Origin: Candidatus Bathyarchaeia archaeon
Lineage (GTDB): Archaea > Thermoproteota > Bathyarchaeia > TCS64
Direction of reading: 5' to 3'
Assembly (NCBI GenBank): GCA_050014495.1
Contig: JBEKDF010000033.1
Span: 1-34,626, forward strand
Length of the DNA stretch: 34,626 bases
The notes below the pieces were generated by a model. It was not told the origin of the DNA. It was given only the letters and a program-made list of their open reading frames with translations, and ran no database searches. The position numbers and the translations under genes were made by a program. This document shows positions 28,233-34,626 of this stretch, piece by piece. Numbering within the stretch: position 1 is the stretch's first letter; each line of letters starts with the position of its first letter.

Positions 28233-30416
28233 ATGGGTGATGAGACTAAGAAGGATTATAATAACAATTTTGGTAAAAACGGGGCAGAATTCTCGAAGAG
28301 TGATTTCGAAGAGACTATTCTAAATTTGAATGATCCGAGATTGTATATTAATAGAGAGCTTAGCTGGCTCAAGCTACATGAGAGGATTCTTGAGGAGAGC
28401 CGAGACCCTAATCATCCTCTTCTAGAACGTGTGAAATTTCTCGCAATATGTGGGGGCAATCTCGATGAATTCTTCATGGTTCGAGTTTCAGCGCTAGATA
28501 AACAGGTTATGAATGGTTCCTTTAAGCTATCCCCAGATGGTATGACTCCTCATGAGCAGCTTGTAGCCATACGCCGTGAGGTTTTATCGATTCTCCGGCT
28601 TCACGAGGATGTTTGGAATCGCGAACTCCTACAAGAGCTCGCGGAAGAGGGAATCCGTATAATGCGAGTTGTCGATCTAAACGAGAGTCAACAGATTGCT
28701 GTAAGAAAGTATTTTGAGCTCCAAATTTTTCCTGCGTTAACTCCTCTGGCACTGGATAGCGCAAATCACTTCCCATTCATAAGTAACTTGAGTCTGAACC
28801 TGGCTGTAATTTTACGTGACAAGAAAAAACATGAGTGGCTAGCAAAAGTAAAAGTTCCAACTAACATCTTCCCGCGGCTTCAGCAGTTACAACTAGAAGA
28901 ATACGAGGAAGATGTGGATAGACGTGTTGCAGATCATGGTATCACCCTACTTTTTCTCGAGGATATTATCGCTTCAAATTTAGATCAGTTATTTCCCGGT
29001 ATAGATATCGTTTCAGCATACCCGTTCAGAATAACACGTGACGCAGAAGTTGAAATAAGCCTAGACCAGACGAGTGACCTCTTAAACGTCATCGAAGAGA
29101 GTATCAAGACACGCCGATCCGGTAAATGTGTACGCCTCGAAGTCGATAAATCGATGCCTGAATCACTCAGAGAAGTTTTCATGAAGAACATGGGTCTAAC
29201 ACCTGACGCAGTCTACGCATTCGACGGACCACTTGGATTCATTGACTTTTGGCAATTATTGAAGATCGACCGCCCAGACCTAAAAGACAAGACCTTTCTC
29301 CCCTTCATGCCCACTAAACTCCGTCAAGGAAGAGATTATTTCAAAGCCATTTCAAAGCGCGATTATGTCCTGTACCATCCCTATGATAACTTTAATGTAT
29401 TGATCAATCTACTGAAACAAGCCGCTGTCGATCCCGGTGTATTGGCGATAAAAATCACCCTTTACAGGATAGATAAAAAGAGTCCCATCGTTGATGCTCT
29501 AAGGCAAGCAAGCCGACACAGAAAGAATGTTACAGCACTTGTCGAATTGAAGGCCAAGTTTGATGAGAAGAATAACATCAACTGGGCTAAGCGGTTAGAG
29601 CATGCAGGTGTACATGTAGCCTATGGTTTCCCAGATCTCAAGGTCCATGCGAAACTGTGCCTTATCGTAAGAAAAGAGGGAGATAAAATAATCAGGTATA
29701 GTCACCTTAGCTCTGGGAATTACAACTCCGTTACATCTCGCATCTATGGGGACATCGGATATCTGACTGCCAACCAGGAGATTGGCACAGAGGTCAACAA
29801 CCTATTCAACTACCTTACCGGCTACAGCCAGAAAGATGATTATAGTTGCCTTCTAGTGGCACCGAAGACGCTCAAAAAGGAGATTATTAGTCGAATAAAT
29901 AGGGAGATAGAGAGGCATCAAAAAGATGGAAATGGGTACATCGCAATTAAGGTTAACAACCTCGATGACAAGGACATCATTAAGACTCTGTATTTAGCGA
30001 GTCAGGCAGGAGTAAGAGTTGACCTGAATATCCGTGCTCTCTGTTGTCTTCGCCCAGGCATTAAAGGTGTCAGCGATAATATTAGGGAGATTAGCATCAT
30101 AGGGAGATTCCTTGAGCATTCAAGAATTTATTATTTCAGGAATGGAGGAGAGGAGGAGGTGCTGCTTGGAAGCAGCGACCTCATGCCAAGAAACCTCGAG
30201 AAGCGAATCGAGGTGTTGTTCCCCGTCCCTGATCCGCGACTTCGTAGATTAATTATAGATAAAATGTTGAATGTTCACCTAAATGACACGGTTAAAGCGA
30301 GAGAGTTGATGCCGGATGGATCCTGGAAACGCGTGAAACCGATCGAAGGTAAGGAACCAATTAATTCACAGCAGTGGCTGATAGACCATAAAGGTGAATG
30401 GCACAGCAACCGATAA
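28233..30416 (+). CDS. ppk1: Polyphosphate kinase 1
   Basis: YINRELSWL, NLDEFFMVRV, HFPFISN, HPYD, ELKAKFDE, KVHAK, GRFLEHSR, DLMPRNL; GAGGTGA RBS. Confidence 0.97.
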   Translation: MGDETKKDYNNNFGKNGAEFSKSDFEETILNLNDPRLYINRELSWLKLHERILEESRDPNHPLLERVKFLAICGGNLDEFFMVRVSALDKQVMNGSFKLSPDGMTPHEQLVAIRREVLSILRLHEDVWNRELLQELAEEGIRIMRVVDLNESQQIAVRKYFELQIFPALTPLALDSANHFPFISNLSLNLAVILRDKKKHEWLAKVKVPTNIFPRLQQLQLEEYEEDVDRRVADHGITLLFLEDIIASNLDQLFPGIDIVSAYPFRITRDAEVEISLDQTSDLLNVIEESIKTRRSGKCVRLEVDKSMPESLREVFMKNMGLTPDAVYAFDGPLGFIDFWQLLKIDRPDLKDKTFLPFMPTKLRQGRDYFKAISKRDYVLYHPYDNFNVLINLLKQAAVDPGVLAIKITLYRIDKKSPIVDALRQASRHRKNVTALVELKAKFDEKNNINWAKRLEHAGVHVAYGFPDLKVHAKLCLIVRKEGDKIIRYSHLSSGNYNSVTSRIYGDIGYLTANQEIGTEVNNLFNYLTGYSQKDDYSCLLVAPKTLKKEIISRINREIERHQKDGNGYIAIKVNNLDDKDIIKTLYLASQAGVRVDLNIRALCCLRPGIKGVSDNIREISIIGRFLEHSRIYYFRNGGEEEVLLGSSDLMPRNLEKRIEVLFPVPDPRLRRLIIDKMLNVHLNDTVKARELMPDGSWKRVKPIEGKEPINSQQWLIDHKGEWHSNR

Positions 30417-30487
30417 AACCGGGCCCTTTTGTAGACAGGGAATGAGGCAAATAGATAGTCTACTCCACTTCCTTGAATCGCGCGCGC

Positions 30488-30604
30488 CTTTTTCGCGTAA
30501 AGAGGAAGCCTGACAACATCAGAAGAGGCTGAAGAAGCCCCATTATTATCCCCGAGGTTAAGGCAAACCGACTGCATGAAGGCAAGGGAGCCAAAGTCAC
30601 TCAT
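30488..30604 (-). pseudogene. Possible N-terminal gene fragment cut at a (GC)n tract
   Basis: ATG 26 bp downstream of the 30631..30888 gene; the frame hits CGCGCGCGC (30479-30487) and then reads antisense into the ppk1 region. Confidence 0.35.
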
Positions 30605-30630
30605 GATCTTATACTAATGAGCACCCGAGA

Positions 30631-30888
30631 TTATTTCGCGTTGTAGAAAGTATCCTCCACCACGCCTTGCTTCATTACTTGTTTGACTACATGCCCTTCA
30701 TTTACAAGGTTCTCCAAGGCATTACGAACCATCTGGACACCTATAGCATATCCACCTGCTTTCCCAAGAAGAAGACCCGCACCAGCTGTCCCGGAAAAGT
30801 TCGCGATCTGAAACACAGTAAATGAGGTGCCACGATTCTCCTTTAGATAAGTGAGGATTCGCTCCTCGAACGCGTCCATGTTGACCAC
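30631..30888 (-). CDS. Small winged-helix-like protein
   Basis: EERILTYLKEN...FTVFQIA...VRNALENLVNEGHVVK. Confidence 0.7.
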   Translation of the reverse strand: MVNMDAFEERILTYLKENRGTSFTVFQIANFSGTAGAGLLLGKAGGYAIGVQMVRNALENLVNEGHVVKQVMKQGVVEDTFYNAK

Positions 30889-30969
30889 TCTAAACTACAA
30901 ATAACCATTATTTTTATGATATTTAATTCTATGTAATGGATACTTCATGTGATAGAGTGGGATGCGCGC

Positions 30970-31801
30970 CGGCCCGTCCCTAAATTAAATACTCTAGAAC
31001 AACAACCACCAACAAAACCCAACAATCAACCCCAACGAAGATCCAACACCCATAAAACCCCACTGACAAACCACACCACCAGCAAGACGACTGTAAAAAC
31101 GACACAGACAAGCCCAGCACCCACTAACAACGGCCCACCCCAACCCGAGACGCCGGCCGTCACACGTTGAAGAACGTAGGCGACAACGCCTTATCCGACC
31201 TGCCCAGATTCTCCGCCGCCTCCCGATTCAACACGCAGCACAACACGCTAAGCAGCGCATACACCGACACGTTCAGCAGACCCCTCACCCTGTTCACCGT
31301 CAACCCATACTGGTTCTTCACAAAGGCGAACAGCGCCTCAACAGCGGGCCTCCTACGATACAACTCCACCAGATCCTCCGGGCCATGAGTCCTGAACCTC
31401 CGGTCCACCCGAAGCACATCCTCACCCCGCCTCTGGCCAGCCGTATAAGGAATAACCGAGTCCTCCACCAGGCCCCTCACCCTCCCGCTGCTGTACTGGC
31501 TATCAGCGATCAGACACCTCAGCTGGGCACCCACCCTCGATAGGACCATTCGGCTCCTCTCCACCAGCGTCGAAGCGTGCCTCTTCTCGTTCTCGTTCGC
31601 GCGCGCGGTCCGGTGGTGTGGTAACATCCGAGGAGTTGCTGTTGGGCAATGCTTAAGTCGACGTTTTTGAAGAGTGTTTCAAGGGTCTCGTGTTCATCTT
31701 GTCCTAAGTGAACTCACCTCCTCTGGTTGGGCAGACCGTTGGGGGACGAGACCCCAACTGTATTCATCAGGTTTGGAAACCCTTAACCTTTAGACGGGAT
31801 C
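30970..31801 (-). mobile_element. IS4/IS5-like DDE insertion sequence with a large internal deletion
   Basis: Right end CGGCCCGTCCCTAAATT. C-terminal transposase 31160-31597 has ADSQY and the YREK signature YRRRPAVEALFAFVK. N-terminal ~33 codons (31707-31608, LGQDEHETLETLFKNVDLS...YHTTGP) lie in another frame. The parts are joined at CGCGCGCGCG (31598-31607). Left boundary is approximate. Confidence 0.88.
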
Positions 31802-31810
31802 ACTGTAACC

Positions 31811-31978
31811 ATGTTCGTCTTCAACGGTGACATCGGGGTAATCCTGATCGTACTTGGCATAATACTCATGGCGGTGGCCGCTATGGTGAAGCAGTTCCGT
31901 GGACTCAGTTCTGTGGGGAGACTATGTCTGATCATCGGCGCCGTCATCTTCATTCTGGAGCTGATTCTAAGAATCTAA
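31811..31978 (+). CDS. Small two-TM membrane protein (55 aa)
   Basis: Manual translation MFVFNGDIGVILIVLGIILMAVAAMVKQFRGLSSVGRLCLIIGAVIFILELILRI*. Confidence 0.7.
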   Translation: MFVFNGDIGVILIVLGIILMAVAAMVKQFRGLSSVGRLCLIIGAVIFILELILRI

Positions 31979-32012
31979 TTTACAATCAGTTCCCCAGAAA
32001 GCGCGCGCGTGC

Positions 32013-32090
32013 TCCACCCAGCTCAGTGATGTTGGGTGAGTCGCCTCGGTGAATCAGGAAGCCCACCTCTTTAGAGGTGGGTAGCTCACA
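32013..32090 (+). mobile_element. Right end of an IS200/IS605 (tnpB-type) element
   Basis: GAATCAGGAAG, hairpin CCCACCTCT-TT-AGAGGTGGG (32062-32081), then TAGCTCAC, the typical right-end layout. Tracts at 32001-32012 and 32107-32113. Confidence 0.82.
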
Positions 32091-32183
32091 GATTAAAAAA
32101 TACTCTCGCGCGCTAGCCTCCACAATTTTTTAAACCGCTCAGATAATCCAAAGAGCACAGTAGCGAAGGTAAGGCGAAGGTAA

Positions 32184-33317
32184 ATGAAGCCACTCGATGG
32201 ATTGAGGGTCCTGGATCTTACACAGGCGCAGGCGGGTCCGATGTGCACGATGTTCCTAGCTGATATGGGCGCTGACGTAATCAAGATTGAGCCCCCCTGG
32301 GGGGAGATGACTAGGCGCTTCCCACCACTCGTCAACGGGGTAAGCCCTTACTACCTCTACCTAAACAGGGGAAAGAGAGGGATCACCCTCAACCTGAAGA
32401 GCGAGAAGGGTATCGAGATCTTCAAGAAACTGGTCAAGCTGTCGGACATCGTAGTCGAGAACTTTAGCCCAGGCACCATGGACAAGATGGGAATTGGATA
32501 CGATGCGCTAAGCGACATCAATCCAAAGATATTATTCGCCTCCATCTCCGGCTTCGGGCAGACCGGCCCCCACTCCCAGAGACTGTCCTTCGACCCAATC
32601 GCCCAGGCATCCAGCGGCTACATGGAGCTCACCAGAATAAAGATCGACCCCGACGGCCCACCAGTCTACCCGCCCGAAGCAATAGCGGACACAATCCCAG
32701 CATTGTTCTGCCTAGTTGGAGTCCTATCAGCAATACACCACAGAGACAAAACAGGCGTAGGCCAGAGGATCGAGTTAGCCCAGGTGGACTCAATGATATC
32801 CGTGATGCCCTCAATATCCTTCCACATACAGGCCGGCATCACCTTCTCCGAATCACTGAAGAAGTATGCGTTGTCCGTCGAAGAGATCTACAAGGCAAAG
32901 GATGGCTACATCGTCTTGACCGTACCGGGCGAAATGCAGGACAGACTTGCGCAGATGATTGGCGTCGAACCACATGAGGTTGACAGCCAGAAAGTCAGGA
33001 GATGGGTAGAGGATAAAACTGTGGATGAGGCGGTCCACCTCCTAGAGAAGGCGAGACTGCCGGTCTCACGCGTCCTAGGCCTCGACGAAGTGATCAGCGA
33101 CCCCCAGGTAAGAGCCCGCGAGATGATCGTGAGACTGGAAGACCCCGTTGTTGGAGAGGTGAGGATACCAGGTTTCCCGGTCAAGTTCTCGGAGACACCA
33201 ACGAATGTAGAGAGGACCGCACCTACCCTGGGCGAACATAACCAGGAGGTGCTCACCACACTTCTTGGCCTAAGCCCGGAGAAAGTTAAAAGCCTAAAGG
33301 AAGAGGGTGTCCTTTAA
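32184..33317 (+). CDS. Family III CoA-transferase (CaiB/BaiF)
   Basis: PLDGLRVLDLT, GADVIKIEPP, LNRGKR, VENFSPG, SISGFGQTGP, APTLGEHN. Confidence 0.96.
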   Translation: MKPLDGLRVLDLTQAQAGPMCTMFLADMGADVIKIEPPWGEMTRRFPPLVNGVSPYYLYLNRGKRGITLNLKSEKGIEIFKKLVKLSDIVVENFSPGTMDKMGIGYDALSDINPKILFASISGFGQTGPHSQRLSFDPIAQASSGYMELTRIKIDPDGPPVYPPEAIADTIPALFCLVGVLSAIHHRDKTGVGQRIELAQVDSMISVMPSISFHIQAGITFSESLKKYALSVEEIYKAKDGYIVLTVPGEMQDRLAQMIGVEPHEVDSQKVRRWVEDKTVDEAVHLLEKARLPVSRVLGLDEVISDPQVRAREMIVRLEDPVVGEVRIPGFPVKFSETPTNVERTAPTLGEHNQEVLTTLLGLSPEKVKSLKEEGVL

Positions 33318-33374
33318 TGCTCGTGTGTCTGTACGCTGCGCGCGCGAGAACTCCTCGTCATGCGCGCGCGCACG

Positions 33375-33553
33375 ATCTCGTCGTTTGGTACCTCCTTTAG
33401 ATCGATGAACTTGAGCTTGTGTCCCTCATCCAGCACCTTCTGGACAATCACCCTTACCTCCTCAAGAGACGGCACGACGCCTCCACCCCCCGTTGAGAGG
33501 GAGGTGCTGCCAATCTGGTAATCTAAAACATCCTCTAGTGTCAAGTATTTCAT
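33375..33553 (-). pseudogene. DUF917-family protein, N-terminal ~60 codons only
   Basis: MKYLTLEDVLDYQIGSTSLSTGGGG...IDLKEVPNDEIV; cut at CATGCGCGCGCGCACG (33359-33374). Confidence 0.75.
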
Positions 33554-33714
33554 CGGTGTTATCAACTATCCTCGGCATCAATATTGTATATAACAATTCT
33601 GAGCGATATTATTGACAGCATATTTCGATCTCGTGGCGTCTACTCTATGCAACTCATTTTAGTCGAGGCATCATAGCTAATGATATAAACCTCCAATCAA
33701 TCGTTGCATGTAAC

Positions 33715-34383
33715 ATGAAGAAGATTGGCATACTGACGATAGGACAATCTCCCAGACCAGACGTCGTGGGGGAGTTCCTGCGCGTCCTCGGCAGCGACTA
33801 CAAGATCATTGAAAGGGGCGCGCTCGACGATTTCTCTATCGAGGAGCTGAGGAGCAGGAAGGTGGCGCCCGGAGAGAGAATACTCGTCACAAAGCTCAGG
33901 GACGGGGAGGAGATCAAGGTATCGCATGACCTCGTCATATCCAACATACAGAAGGGCATCGACTACCTCGAGGGAAAGACGGTGGACATCATCCTCCTCC
34001 TTTGCACGGGCAATTTCCCCGAGTTCAAGTCCAAGTGTCTCGTAGTCCAACCCTCCGACATCGTCAGGGGGGTAGTCAAGGGGTTGCTCAGAAGCGGCAA
34101 GCTGGCCGTGGTCGTCCCAGCGAGGGAGCAGATACCGAAGGGTAAGTCGGACGCCTTCGGGAAAGATGTCGAAGTCTACTACGATACTGCCTCCCCGTAC
34201 GGGTCGATGGCCGAGTTCAAGGAGATGGCGGCCAGGATCTCGAGGGCGAACGTGGATCTGGTGTTCCTCGATTGCATGGGCTTCACACATGAGATGAAGC
34301 AAGTGGTAAAGGAGACGACGGGAAAACCCGTCATCCTATCAAACGCGCTGGTTGCACGCGTCCTGCAGGAGATCGCCGAGTAG
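33715..34383 (+). CDS. AroM-family protein
   Basis: LTIGQSPRPD, GALD, LVTKLRDG, LLCTGNFP, ASPY, LDCMGF. Confidence 0.92.
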   Translation: MKKIGILTIGQSPRPDVVGEFLRVLGSDYKIIERGALDDFSIEELRSRKVAPGERILVTKLRDGEEIKVSHDLVISNIQKGIDYLEGKTVDIILLLCTGNFPEFKSKCLVVQPSDIVRGVVKGLLRSGKLAVVVPAREQIPKGKSDAFGKDVEVYYDTASPYGSMAEFKEMAARISRANVDLVFLDCMGFTHEMKQVVKETTGKPVILSNALVARVLQEIAE

Positions 34384-34421
34384 CTGCTTTTTGAATCGAT
34401 CATTATAGAGGACGCGCGCGC

Positions 34422-34503
34422 TCCCTGACCCGGCGGCTGCTGATCTGGCTGTCCCCGATCAGGCACCTCAGCCTCGCCTCGGCCCATTCAAGCACCATTC
34501 TAG
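34422..34503 (-). pseudogene. ~80-bp internal fragment of the same DDE transposase family
   Basis: RMVLEWAEARLRCLIGDSQISSRRVRE vs RMVLSRVGAQLRCLIADSQYSSGRVRG in the 31160-31597 copy; tracts at 34412-34421 and 34505-34511. Confidence 0.85.
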
Positions 34504-34511
34504 CCGCGCGC

Positions 34512-34626
34512 TGCCTTGTCCCGAAATTACCCCGATATTGGTTTTAAATGGTCTTAATTCCCCTCACAGGATTTAATGGCAAATACGGGCATATCCTAAA
34601 CACCTCACCTCCTCGTAGAAGCGATT
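34512..34626. mobile_element. Terminus of another copy of the DDE IS family (runs off the window)
   Basis: TGCCTTGTCCCGAAATT, similar to 2257-2273 and 30970-30986. Confidence 0.65.

Larger units (their letters stand above)
183..34511. repeat. Dispersed family of (GC)n / alternating purine-pyrimidine junction tracts (6-17 bp, mostly self-complementary)
   Basis: GCGCGC-containing tracts at about 183, 209, 2251, 2378, 2559, 3131, 3290, 3306, 5062, 5405, 5554, 6850, 8672, 9218, 9373, 9734, 9943, 13772, 13896, 15385, 18417, 19320, 20389, 28054, 28112, 30480, 30964, 31599, 32001, 32108, 33338, 33362, 34414, 34506. RY variants at about 3518, 4999, 5590, 6413, 7344, 8952, 13703, 13803, 14053, 17861, 18513, 22045, 25125. 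Nearly all are intergenic or at gene truncation points. Confidence 0.93.

Noticed and set aside
30990..31155. A/C-rich ORF 30949..31170
   Set aside because: Strand-skewed trailer inside the IS right end; low-complexity translation.
33697..34487. Minus-strand ORFs 33697..34302 and 34179..34487
   Set aside because: Antisense to AroM; the second also crosses a tract into the transposase fragment in the wrong frame.
183..34511. Tracts as BssHII (GCGCGC) digestion-religation artefacts
   Set aside because: Religation restores one hexamer at pre-existing sites. Here lengths vary up to (GC)6, many tracts lack GCGCGC, paralogues lack the site, and intact genes keep uncut GCGCGC. Not fully excluded without reads.
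183..34511. CRISPR array or classical integron
   Set aside because: No constant 23-47 bp repeat with regular spacers, no attC-like hairpins, and no cas or integrase gene.
183..34511. Tracts as terminators or transcription-factor sites
   Set aside because: Many lie at mid-gene breaks and have no fixed position relative to starts or stops.

Overview
Archaeal DNA, probably from a Bathyarchaeia-like lineage. This is an inference from frequent TTG starts, GGAGGTGA-type RBS, zinc-ribbon proteins, a tungsten AOR, a stand-alone Lrp domain and a CARF-PIN pair. The window is an accessory mosaic with no housekeeping operon. Intact genes include a class-III aminotransferase, a two-gene xanthine-dehydrogenase-family enzyme, a 4Fe-4S protein, an SPFH protein, a hybrid PAS histidine kinase, a UbiA prenyltransferase, a PIN nuclease, ppk1, a family III CoA-transferase and AroM. 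They are interleaved with many amputated gene and IS fragments. The main signal is that most junctions between unrelated segments, including breaks in the middle of genes, carry a self-complementary (GC)n or alternating purine-pyrimidine tract. By eye there are about 34 GCGCGC-containing tracts at junctions or in spacers and only about 3 inside intact CDSs. Paralogous copies within the window lack the tract at the equivalent position. This suggests a possibly undescribed end-joining or deletion process that leaves (GC)n scars. Other candidates are a TIR gene split at tandem -1 slippery sites, a tiny LexA-like HTH gene beside a helically phased CGTTCT array, and a CARF-PIN pair with no CRISPR in the window. 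All counts and alignments were done by eye.
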